This document shows, piece by piece, positions 44,110 through 58,243 of a stretch of DNA of 64,000 bases. Numbering within the stretch: position 1 is the first letter of the stretch; each line of letters starts with the position of its first letter. The DNA comes from the human T2T-CHM13v2.0 reference genome, Homo sapiens, in assembly GCF_009914755.1 (NCBI RefSeq), contig NC_060927.1; one strand, given 5' to 3'. Position numbers and translations under genes: made by a program. Below the pieces are notes generated by a model. The model saw only the letters and a list, made by a program, of their open reading frames with translations, was not told the DNA's origin and did no database searches.

Positions 44110-44300
44110 AAATAAATACATATTAACTAATTTAATTCTCCTAAGAAACTTATTACATAGCACACTTATCCATCTTTTATAAATGAGGAATGGGGGCACA
44201 GAAAGATTAATATTTGCCCAGGTTCACACAGAAAGTATATGAAAGAGATAGAACTTGAATTAGCAATCTGACCCTATAGTATAACTCTTAACAGCTATAC
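44110..44300 (-). mobile_element. MIR
   Basis: ttttataaatgaggaatgggggcacagaaagattaatatttgcccaggttcacacag. Confidence 0.75.
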
Positions 44301-44476
44301 TATATCTAATAAAACCATTTCAAAATTAATAAGTCTTACCTATGTTTTAGCATTTAGAATGTTTTATCATAATTTTAATAGTTATATCTTCCCTGCTAGG
44401 CTGGAAAAAAATTTTTAAAGGGGAATCCTTTCTTGTTCATCATCCCTACCTACCTAGTGCCTAGCATAATATTATT

Positions 44477-44510
44477 GGATGGATGGATGAATGGATGGAT
44501 GGATGGATGG
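44477..44510. repeat. (GGAT)n tetranucleotide at an L2-like 3' end
   Basis: Read directly. Confidence 0.9.
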
Positions 44511-44552
44511 AGAAGAATGTAAGTTTCAGGCTGGCTGTTACATTCAGCTCTA

Positions 44553-44777
44553 AGATAACTAAACAGTCCCTTGAAACTCCAGAAATAAATTAATAAGCTT
44601 TGGTTTTTCCTCAACTTAAATCTGCTAGATAAGCCTGAGGATTTGCAATTGGAAAAAAAAAAATGTGTAAGGGATCAGATAAGGGAAACTGAATGATAAG
44701 GACATTCGTCCCTAGGTGGTTTTGGCCACAGGGATGTCTATTTCTCCAGCTGTCCTGCTGCCTTCCCCAAAAGATAA
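44553..44777 (+). promoter_or_regulatory. Cluster of five same-strand WGATAA motifs (candidate GATA enhancer)
   Basis: AGATAA at 44553, 44627, 44677 and 44772; TGATAA at 44694; motif evidence only. Confidence 0.3.
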
Positions 44778-45589
44778 AGAGCAGCACCAGCAGGGGAGCA
44801 AAGGTTGCTGGGCTATGTCCCCTTCCTCTAGGTTTGAAGCTGGAAGGATGAACCAGCTTTGCCTCAGTGACTGGACCCTTATTTTCATATGCAGTCAGGA
44901 CCCAACAATAAAAGCAAATTTTTAAAAACGCTATGCTTAGAATTGAAAGAATGCAGAAAGAATGCAAATTGCCTTTACAGCTGCCTGACCATCCTAGTGA
45001 ATCCTTTAACCCTATTCTTTCCTCCTGCTTCTGTCTCATTGTATTAAATGCTGTATCCAGAAAACATTTTCTTAATATTTAAACGTAGCATCTTACAAAT
45101 GGATGGCATCACAGCAGATCCCTGAGGATGCTATAAGGCTCAGCCTCCGTGTCACCCAGGATGATTTTAACTTGCTTATCTCATTTCCTGCCTCTGCCCC
45201 TGGGTTGGCTAGAAAAAGGAAAGATCCAATTTCCATGCTAGGCCTGAGGATGGTCCAGGGCTTTTCTCTGCAGACCCCATGGCTGCTGCCCTCTGCTGGA
45301 ATGATGAGGCCTGAAGTCCTTCCATCACAGATTCCAAGTGTTCCTTTTAAAATACTTTAGCAGCTCTTGTCAAAATAAACAAAGCGGCCCAACTAAAGGT
45401 TCCATGGCAATTAGGAAATTTACTTGGCAGCAGGTAACTTTAGAAAGGTAGTTATTTATCCTCATTAGGGCTATCATATACGTGTCAGCAGAGAGAGGAA
45501 GCTTCTCTCCACACCTGGGAAATCTAAAACTGCACGTGCTGTTTGTTTCTAAGTCTCTGGCTGCTGAATGCCAGTCCAAGGGCAGATGC

Positions 45590-45760
45590 CACTCAGACTC
45601 CATCAGAACCACCTGGGAAGCTTTTCCAAAATACTGACTCCTGGGTCTAGTGATAGACAGTCTGATTCATTAACTAAGAGATAAAACCTGGAAAGCAGTT
45701 CGTAATTTTTAAGAGCTCCTCATGTGATTCTGATGCACAATCAAGTTTAAGAGTTACTAG
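45590..45760. mobile_element. MER5-family hAT relic
   Basis: catcagaaccacctgggaagctttt...tctgattca...catgtgattctgatgcacaatcaagtttaagag. Confidence 0.65.
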
Positions 45761-45991
45761 CAAGACTTTTGAATTATGTATCATCTTGAAATACAATTTT
45801 CTTTTAAACGAAAGTATCTTTATTATTTATTATGAAATGTTTTATTCTCATGTTAACACTTCAAAAATGTAGAACAAGATGAATAAAAAACTAAACAATT
45901 GCTTTAAAAAAAAAAAAGACTTATTACCCAGAGGCAATCACTGCTAACATTTTGGAGAAATTTTTCCAGACATTTGACGTGAATACATAAC

Positions 45992-48123
<2,132 letters not shown>

Positions 48124-48469
48124 TTAAATAGATGTCTATTTCCTTAGCTAAACTTTACACATGTGTACTAAGCGTTCTGTTAACCAAGAGTATGGATTCT
48201 GAGGACAGGCTTTGGCAGAAATTTCATGACAAAATTAGAAATTGTATAAAAGCCTCCATAGGACCTGATACAAAAGGGACTATACTGTGAAGAAATGTTT
48301 ATGTTTACTGAGCAATATTCTGTCTCATTAGATGTCAGAATTTTTCAAGTTAGTGCTAGCCCAAATATCAACAAGTGAACCAAAAAACCTTCAAGTATGT
48401 ATACAAGAGTCTGAGAAAGGAAGAAAATGAAGGCAAGTGTTAGGAAAAAGTATGAGCAAGTGAGAGAGT

Positions 48470-48602
48470 AGGGTGGCTAGATAAAATACAGATTTCAAAT
48501 TTAATTTCACATAAATAATTTTTTAATATATGTCCCAATTTATCTGAAATTCAAGTTTAGTTAGGAATCCTGTGCTTTTCTTTGCTAAATCTCGCAGCCC
48601 TG
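48470..48602. mobile_element. MER53-like MITE
   Basis: Terminal inverted repeats agggtggctagat...atctcgcagccct. Confidence 0.75.
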
Positions 48603-48822
48603 GGAGGAGGGGCCCCATGCTTTGCTGAAAAGTGTTGGCTCAGGGTAGAAGAAGAGGGTGGGCAGATACATGACCAGACTGCAGGTCAGGAACAAGGTCA
48701 AGGCAAAGGTTCACCAGCTCTGACGTGTCTCAGAATCTGGCACAGCTCTGCCACATTTCAAAGTCAAACCCTAACCCACCCCAGCCCAGCGCATTAAAGA
48801 ACCAAACCAGTAGAGCTTTTCA

Positions 48823-49141
<319 letters not shown>

Positions 49142-49702
49142 TCAACTCCATCTCTATGCATGGTGTGTTAAATCCCTCTCCCTGTGTAGCCTTTTCAGCT
49201 GCATATCTCAATCAGCTGAAAAAAGTGTTTAGCTCAGGAAAGTTTCCTGTAATGATGACTTTGATTACTCTTTTATTTCTAACTCTTCCAGTTTACTTGT
49301 AAACATAGAGATTTAGGTTGGAGTTCCATTTATTGTCCTCTGTGTTTACAGTTTTCTCAACCTCATTTTTATTTGTCTTTCCTTTCTTCTGCATCCTGGG
49401 GAAGCTTCCTAAGTTTGTCCAGGACTTGATTTTATCATTTGAACTCAGATGTTGATGTCTTCAATATGAATTTTTATTCCACCTCCCATTCTTACTTTCC
49501 TTGCATACTTGGCTTCTTTTACTCATAGCCCTTTTTAACCCTCATCCTGTTTTCTTTTAAAACAAAGCCTCTCCTTATGGTTTCTGCTCTTGTTTGTTAG
49601 AGGATATAACTTTTTGCACCCTAGTAAAGACCCCCAAATGATATTCTGAACTTTCGGATTCCTAGAGCCTGACCTAGTATTTGCCAATAGAAATTGAGCA
49701 TG

Positions 49703-50534
49703 TTTTCTAAATATATAGTCATGTCATCTACAAACAGACAATATGACTTCCTCTCTTCCTATTTGAATACCCTTTATTTCTTTCTCTTGCCTGATTGCCC
49801 TGGCCAGAACTTCCAACACTATGTTTTTACACTGCTGGTGGGAGTGTAAATTAGTTCAGCCATTGTGGAATACAGTGTGGCGATTCCTCAAGGATCTAGA
49901 ATCAGAAATACCATTTGACCCAGCAATCCCATTACTGGGTATATAACCAAAGGATTATAAATCATGCTACTATAAAGACACATGCACACATATGCTTATT
50001 GCAGCACTATTTACAATAGAAAAGACATGGAAGCAACCCAAATGCCCATCAATGATAGACTGGATACAGAAAATGTGGCACATATATGCCATGGAATACT
50101 ATGCAGCCATAAAAAAGAATGGGTTTGTGTCCTTTTCCGGGACATGGATGAATCTGAAAGCCATCATTCTCAGCAAACTAGCACAGGAACAGAAAACCAA
50201 ACACCACATGTTCTCACTCATAAGTGGGAGGTGAACAATGAGAACACATGAACACAGGGAGGGGAACATCACACACCAAGGCCTGTCGGGGGGTTGGGGT
50301 CAAGGGGAGGGAGAGCATTAGGACAAATACCTAATGCATACAGGCCTTAAAACATAGATGAAGGGTTGAGAGGTGCAGCAAACCACCATGGCACATGTAT
50401 ACCTGTGTAACAAACTTGCACTTTCTGCACATGTATCCCCGAACTTAAAATAAAAAAAATTAAAATTAAAACTAAAAAATGTGGAGGGCCCTCAAAAAAA
50501 GAAGACCCTCAAAAAAAAAAAAAGAAAGAAAGAA
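49703..50534 (+). mobile_element. L1PA8-like insertion with 5' inversion (twin priming)
   Basis: 49703-~49824 is antisense RT segment; ~49825-50460 is sense ORF2 end plus 3'UTR; TSD agaaattgag(ca/tg)tg at 49689-49702 and 50535-50548. Confidence 0.9.
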
Positions 50535-50889
50535 AGAAATTGAGTGTGGATTATCTTTGGCCCAGCTTGCTTTTAGTCTGCTTGGGGTCTGGTCAAATCC
50601 CTTTCTCACATCTGCAGCAAACACAAGTTGAAGTACTCAGCTGCTATCCCAGAGACCTTAAAACAGAATTGTTGCCTTGTATGGGTTCTACTGAACTGAA
50701 ATGGGATCTTTTTATCCCTCATTTCCCATTCTTTTTTGACTTGAACAGAAGGGATCCATGAAAATCTGTAATCTCCAAGGTGTTGTGCTGCCAAGGCTCT
50801 CCTTCCTTCTCTGCTTTATTGGGGAAAGTACCTCTGAACGTACATTTGCCACAATTTTTCCCCACTTCCTATTCAAATAATAATTCTAT

Positions 50890-51330
50890 CCTGCAGTATA
50901 AATTATAGATTGGATAAGCCTTCCAAACTTCTTAACACACCATAAGGCCTTTTCACAGCTGGATTTTTTTCCTTCCTTCCCCATCCTGTCCTTACAATCT
51001 CTACCATGTGTCCCCTACCCTGCAGTAACACCAAACCTCTCCTTTCTGTGAACACATCGGGCCCCTTCCTGCCACCTTGTCTTTGCACATGCTCTTCCTC
51101 TCTGTGCATGCCCTCTGCTTGCCTGTAGTTGGAGGACTCCTTCACATCTTGCAGTACCCAAGTCCAATGTTTCTTTCTCTGTGAAATCTTTTCCTGCTCC
51201 CCCAGCAGTTTATGGCTCCCTCTACTTTGTTCATATAACACTGTGTACAGACAACTCCTCATAACACAAGTCACGGCCTGTTGTCCTTGTGCAATGCACA
51301 ATACACACTCGATTAAATGAAGAGAAAGGA
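50890..51330 (+). mobile_element. L2 fragment
   Basis: tctttgcacatgctcttcctctctg...tccttcacatcttgcagtacccaag motifs. Confidence 0.6.
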
Positions 51331-51509
51331 AACAATAGGCCTGTGCTTGAGGGTGGGATCCTGCTCATCTAAGTAGCAAAAATAGTCTCTACTGGCCCCT
51401 CTGCTCTTCCAGAGTGGAAGATCTTGCCTAACCTTATAAAAATAAAAACAGATGACACAAATTAACAGTTATCGAGCATCTGTTATGCAGAAAGCTCTGC
51501 CCTGGAGTA

Positions 51510-51720
51510 GGGAGAGGGAGGTCCAAATTCTATCACTTTTTAATTGTGTGCCCTCCAACAACATTTTTACCTTCTGTGAGTTCCAGTTTCCTCATCTGCA
51601 GGATGAGAGTAGAAATCTCCTTACACAATTGTTGTGATAATTTAAAAAGACACTATTTTAGGGCTTGTAGAAGAGATCCTGGCACTTAGTAAATATTTAA
51701 TAAAAATTAGCCATTAATCA
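51510..51720 (+). mobile_element. MIR
   Basis: ttctgtgagttccagtttcctcatctgca...cctggcacttagtaaatatttaataaa. Confidence 0.7.
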
Positions 51721-52226
51721 GTTAGAGAAAACAAATTCAATATACAAGAGTAGGTACTTAAGTGGAATCAGAGACAGGCCTTTAGCCCAACTCTGGAGTT
51801 GAGGAATGACACACCCGAGGAGCCTCAGAGAAGCACCCCTCCTGAACAGGCTGCCCTCTTTATGGGTACCTCATCCTAACCCAGCCTGACTGGAGGACTC
51901 ATCTGGTTTAGGCCCCACTTGGAGGAGGTCTGCTGCACCAACCCAGAATATCACAGTCCCTGAGAGCAAGAGTGGGGATTCTGGAAGAAGCTGCCTCCAT
52001 CATCAAGCAGCCATGTGAACCTAAGAAAGTAGCCCAACCTCTCTGCGCCTCCATGGCCTCATCTGTAATGCCCCTTCTGGTGAGAGATAGTGGAGTGATG
52101 AGAAGTCCTCAAGAGGCTGCCCTCTAAAGATCAGCTGACCCAATGTAAAGCAAAGATAAATGAGGTCTCTCCTGGACAGAAGGAACCTGACTCTCCCGCT
52201 GCCACCCATTGTAGAAGAAGAGATCT

Positions 52227-52247
52227 GAAGAAGAAGAAGAAGAAGAA
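52227..52247. repeat. (GAA)7 trinucleotide
   Basis: Read directly. Confidence 0.9.
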
Positions 52248-54413
52248 GGGGACCATGTTTGGAATGCTGGGCCCTTCTCAACAAGTGTCCAAATGGAAAA
52301 AGCAGACAGGTTGTATTAGAGAATTTGCATAGATCATGCTACTGCAAATGCTGTTTAATTCTTTCTAAAATGTTTCTTTCTGAAGTAGTGTAGGGCAAAA
52401 GCCCCCTGGCTGCATCCAGAGCTCCTGGCTCAGCTAGGGAGATGTGATTCTCTCCTGATTGCCTCTGTGATCACCTCTGCTACTGGCCCCATCCCTCACC
52501 TGCACAGAGTAGAAAACACCAAGATTATTCACAAATTCACTCTGGAGCTGCTCACAGCATTGCTGTCTGCTAACTCCCGGTTTCCCCTGTGTAGGGAAAG
52601 GAACCTTGACACATTTCCAGAAGGCAACAGATGCCCAGGATGCAGCTGCCTTTATCTCTTTGTCAAAGTATGGCTAGATCAATTCACTAGCTTCCTGTGT
52701 TTACAAGGCGGAAGAAATGGCAACTTGGTGAAAAAGGAAAGTGGCCAGACAAAAGCTGGAGGCCAGCATTGATGGCTGGGAAATTAATTAACAAGAGAAA
52801 ATCAGCAAGTAATTTTTCTTGAGCAAATGTGCTTTGTCTTTGAGCTTTTTTTTAAATGTTATGTTAGTTGGTTAATTGCCTTCGGACACTGAGTGACAAT
52901 AAGACATGTTTGCCTGTTAAGATAAAGTAAAGTCAATTGAAGGAAGTTAGTAATGAAAATATTGGACTCAGTCCATTCCAGGTAACATATGACACTTGAA
53001 ATTACAGCCACAGTGACTCCTAAATTTGCACATAATGTCTAAAAGCTTGGCTTCCACTAAACCAGCCATCAGTTATCCAGGGTTCTGTACCCATCACAAA
53101 TGATGCAGGAATCTATAAACCATCAATCTCAAACATCACTGGAATACAGAAAGCGATGGTGCTCATCTCTAGAAAATCCATTAATAACATCTTCAGCATA
53201 GAGACAAGCCTATTGTTTCTATATTTAACTATAATTTTATTTCTGAATATAAACTCAGATGGCTGGGTACATTCATTTCTAAAATATATTTACCCCAAAT
53301 ACACAAATTGTTCAGTCTGCTAAGTCCTTCAATGATGGAAACAGTGCCCAAATAAAGCAGGAAGCCTGGTTGTTCACTTAATTGACTATTGTTTTGTTGG
53401 ATCTGTAGAGATGAAAACTGGGAAGGATGTCAGGTCTCCAACCCTGTGTAGACCCAGAGCCTAATTCTCTTAAAATGCCCCAAATCCCCCAATTTCTAAA
53501 GAGCTCTTTGGCCAGAATCTGTCATAAATTCAAGGGAAAGACTGCAATCACCCAGCGAGTGACAAAGCAGATGAGATTCAATTAGTCACTGACTGAGGCA
53601 TGTTCTGCTAGTGGTGAGAATTGCATGCTGTGAGAACATCTATAAAGACTGGTCCAGGGAGGGCAGACCCCACACTGCTGATTATATGTGCTTCTGCTAG
53701 CAAACACAGAGCAACTCTCATGCCTACTGAGCCCCTGCTTCTCCAACTGTCCTCAAAACAGAGGAACAGGTATCTATAGCTATCAAATCAAGGAATTGGA
53801 GCAGGAGGGCCTATTTAACTGTCCAGAGATGTTCTCTAATCATTCAGTGAAGGTTATTCCTGCTTCAATGGTGAAGGAGGAGAACCAGCAGCAGCCAGGG
53901 AAGGGAAGGGGAGGTGGGGGGTGAAATGACAAGATCAAGGGAGTGGGTGCCATGGAGGCTAGGAAAGGATATAAAAGAGGAGACCCAAGAACATGGGGAA
54001 GTAGATGACCAAGGCCTGCCTCTGAAGAGGTCTCTGCCCTTCAGGAGCCATGCAAACCTTGATCCCAAAACACAAGACAATGGTCAGAGTTCCACCATCA
54101 GACACATGGTCAACAGTACCCTTGAGATGAAAACTAGATTTTTAAGACTAGATATGATTCCCCTAAATCACCACTATTTAAAAAAAGAATACCAGAACTT
54201 AAACATAAAAAGATAAACTGCTTTGCTCCTAGCCTAAAGAGGAATATTTATGAGTACTTTTGTAGTAAGGTTGGCATCTACCATGAAAATGCATGGCTTT
54301 CATTTGTTGTTCACTAAACTGAACTCATCTGTCCTCAGAACGAACCAAACAACACAACTGAGAATTCAGGAACCCAGATAGGTTTCATGGCAGAGTAGAA
54401 ATGAGCCCTAGGC

Positions 54414-55515
54414 CAAGGACTTCATGACAAAAACACCAAAAGCAATGGCAACAAAAGCCAAAATCGACAAATGGGATCTAATTAAACTAAAGAGCTTCTG
54501 CACAGCAAAAGAAACTACCATCAGAATGAACAGGCAACCTACAGAATGGGAGAAATTTTTTACAATCTACCCATCTGACAAAGGGCTAATATCCAGAATC
54601 TACAAAGAACTTAAATTTACAAGAAAAAATCAAACAACCCCATCCAAAAGTGGGCAAAGGATATGAACAGACACTTCTCAAAAGAAGACATTTATGCAGC
54701 CAACAGACACATGGAAAAATGCTCACCATCACTGGCCATCAGAGAAATGCATATCAAAACCACAATGAGATAACATCTCACACCAGTTAGAATGGTGATC
54801 ATTAAAAAGTCAGAAAACAACAGGTGCTGGAGAGGATGTGGAGAAATAGGAACACTTTTACATTGTTGGTGGAACTGTAAACTAGTTCAACCATTGTAGA
54901 AGAGAGTGTGGCGATTCCTCAAGGTTCTAGAACTAGAAATACCCTTTGACCCAGCCATCCTATTACTAGGCATATACCCAAAGGATTATAAATCATGCTG
55001 CTATAAAGACACATGCACACGTATGTTTATTGTGGCACTATTCACAATAGCAAAGACTTGGAACCAACCCAAATGTCCATCAATGATAGACTGGATTAAG
55101 AAAATGTGGCAAATATGCACCATGGAATACTATGCAGCCATAAAAAAGGATGAGTTCATGTCCTTTGTAGAGACATGAATGAAGCTGGAAACCATCACTC
55201 CGAGCAAACTATCACAAGGACAGAAAACCAAACACTGCAGGTTCTCACTTATAGGTGGGAACTGAACAATGAGAACACTTGGACACAGGATGGGGAACAT
55301 CACACACTGGGGGTGTCATGGGGTGGGTGGAGGGGGGAGGGATAGCATTAGGAGATATACCTAATGTAAATGACGAGTTAACAGGTGCAACACACCAACA
55401 TGGCACATGTATACATATGTAACAAACCTGCATGTTGTGCACATGTGCCCTAGAACTTAAAGTATAATAATAAAAATAAATAAAGCAGAACAAAAGCATC
55501 TTTAAAAAAAAAAAA
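54414..55515 (+). mobile_element. 5'-truncated L1PA5-like LINE-1 with 17-bp TSD and short 3' extra segment
   Basis: ORF2 C-terminal fragments (ORFs 54424-54666 and 54906-55178); TSD agaaatgagccctaggc at 54397-54413 and 55516-55532. Confidence 0.95.
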
Positions 55516-56338
55516 AGAAATGAGCCCTAGGCTTGAATTACAGAACTTGAATTTAAATCTTGATAAGTCATTTTCTAAACAACTGTGACTTCTCTTACCA
55601 CCATCAACTCAGTTTCCTACTCCAGAAAATGGGGGAAACAAACAGCCCAGGGCATGCATACCATATAAATTGATTGTGAAAATCAAATGGCATAAGGTTG
55701 TAAAATATGAAATATGGAAACTATAAACTAATTATATAGATATTTTTTATTTGTACAAACTTATGGGGTACATGTGAAATTTTGTAATGTATATATAATA
55801 TGTAATGATAAATTGAGGCTATTTAGGGTGTCCATCACCTGAGTACAATACATTTTTGTTAAGTATAGTCACCCTACTCTGCTATTAGACACTGAATTTA
55901 TGTATTCTTTCTTACATAGGTTTGTACCCTTTAACTCATTTCTATTCATGTTCCCCCCACCTCCCAGGCATCCTGTCCACTATCTTTCCACTTTTTACCT
56001 ACATGTGATCAAGTTTTTAGCTCCCACATGTAAGTGAGAACATGTGATATTTGCATTTTTGGACCTGGCTTATTTCACTTAAGATAATGACCACCAGTTC
56101 CTGCATGTTGCTGCAAATGACATGATTTCCTTTTTTTTAAAAAACAGGCTGAATAATATTCCATTGTGTATATATACCACATTTTATCCATTCACGCATT
56201 GATGGAAATTTAGGGTGTTTCCATATCTTTGCTTTTGTGAAGAGTACTGCAATAAACACGAAAGTGCAATATCCCTTTGATACATTGATTTCTTTTCCTT
56301 TGGGTTGATACTCAGTAATGAGATTGCTGGATTGAATG

Positions 56339-57218
56339 TGTATTAGCTCGTTTTCACACTGTGAAAGATACTACCCATGACTGGGTAATTTATAAACAAA
56401 AGAGGTTTCATGGACTGTTTCTCATGGCTGGAAAGGCCTCAGTAAACTTACAATCATGGTGGAAGGGAAAGCAGGCACCTTCTTCACAGGAGGGCAGAAG
56501 AGAGAATAGTGAGCATAGGGGAAACTGCCCTTTATAAAACCACCAGATCTGGTGAGACTCACTCACTATCACAAGAACAGCATGGGGAAAACTGACCCCA
56601 TGATCCAATCACCTCCCACAAGGTCCCTTCCTCTATGCCTGGGGATTACAATTTGGATTACAATTTAAGATGAGATTTGGGTGGGGACACAGAGTCAAAC
56701 CATATTCTGCCCCTGGCCTCTCCCAAATCTTATGTCCGTTTCACATTTCAGAAATCAAACATGCCTTCCCAACAGTCCCCCAAAGTCTTAACTCATTCCA
56801 TTATTAACCCAAAAGTCCAAGTCCAAAGTCTCATCTGAGGCAAGGCAAGTCCCTTCCACCTATGAACCTGTAATATCAAAAGCAAGTTAGTTACCTCCAA
56901 GATACAATGGGTGTGCAGGCATTGGATAAATGCTCCTGTTCCAAATGGGAGAAGTTGGCCAAAACAAAGGGGCTATTGGCTCCATGCATATCCACAATCC
57001 AGTGGGACAGTCATTAAATCTTAAAGCTCAAAAATGATCTCCTTTGACTCCATGTCTCACATCCAGGACACCTAATGTAAGAAGTGGGCTCCCACAGCCT
57101 TGGAGAGCTCTGCTTCTGTGATTTTAGCAGGTACAGCCCCTGCACCTGCCTTCACAGACTGGTGTTGAGTGCCTGCAGCTCTTCCAGGGACAAGGTGCAA
57201 GATATCAGTGGATCTACC
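56339..57218 (-). mobile_element. THE1D/MSTA-type 3' LTR (56339-56703) plus adjacent MaLR internal sequence
   Basis: gactgggtaatttataaac...gatgagatttgggtggggacacag; internal ttctgcccctggcc..cccaaatc..aaagtccaagtccaaagtctcatctgag; no second LTR seen. Confidence 0.9.
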
Positions 57219-57348
57219 TGTTAAAAGTTCAGCTGAATTAAATTGAAAGGAGTTTCATTAAGCAATAAATGATTCATGAATCAGGCAGCCCCAGAATCAC
57301 AGCAGATTCAGAGAGACTCCAGCACTGCCATGTAGTGAAAGATTTACT
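57219..57348 (-). mobile_element. MER51-like ERV1 LTR fragment
   Basis: tgttaaaag..ttcagctgaattaaattgaaaggagttt...ccagaatcacagcagattcagagagactcc. Confidence 0.65.
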
Positions 57349-57778
57349 AGATCTCTTTAGATCTTGTAATATATGCTTTATGAATCTGGATGCTCCAGTG
57401 TTGGGTCTTATATATTTAGAATTGTTATATCCTTTTCCTGGATTGCTTTTTCATTATATAATGACATGATTACAGAAGGAAATGACATTCTTTGCTTTTT
57501 TTTACTCTTCTTGACTTAAAGTCTATTTTATGTAATGTAAGTATAGCCACTCCTATTTGCTTTTGGTTTCTATTTGAGTAAAATATCTTATCCTATTCCT
57601 TTACTTTCAGTCTATAGGTGACTTTATTGAAAAGATGAGGGGTTTTTGTTTCTTAGTCCATTCAGCCATTCTATATCTTTTAAGTGGAGAATTTAATTCT
57701 TCTACATTCAAGGTTATTATTGATATGTGAGGCTTTGTTTCTTTAATATTGTTGTTTTCTGGTTGTTTTATATACTCA

Positions 57779-58243
57779 CTTTAAACTTTTATTTCAATAG
57801 GTTTTTGGGGAACAAGTGGTTTGGTTACATGAATAAGTTCTTTAGTGGTGATTTCTGAGATTTTGGTGCACCCATCATTCAAGCAGTGTACACTGTACCC
57901 AATGTGGTGGTGTTTTATCCCTCACCCACCTCCTGCCCTTTCCCCAAAGTCCCCAAAGTATCATTCTTATGCCTTTGCACCCTCATAGCTTAGCTCCCAT
58001 TTATGACTGAGAACATGCAATGTTTGGTTTTCCATTCCTGAGTTATATTACTTAGAATAAGGGTCTCCAATTCCATGTACGTTGCTTCAAATGCCATTAT
58101 TTTGTTCCTTTTTGTGACTGAGAAGTATTCCATGCTATGTATATATACCATATTTTCTTTTTCCACTCATTGGGAAATTTGGGCTGGTTTCGTATTTTTG
58201 CAGTGCAAATTGTGCTTCTATCAACATGCATATGTAAGTATCT
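57779..58243 (-). mobile_element. L1PB1-like 3' fragment nested in the L1MA
   Basis: atttcaataggtttttggggaac...gttctttagtggtgatttctgagattttggtgcaccc. Confidence 0.85.

Noticed and set aside
44784-44802. CTCF-like motif caccagcaggggagca
   Set aside because: It lacks the GGC at the 3' side of the core (CCAGCAGGGGGCGC); too weak without ChIP data.
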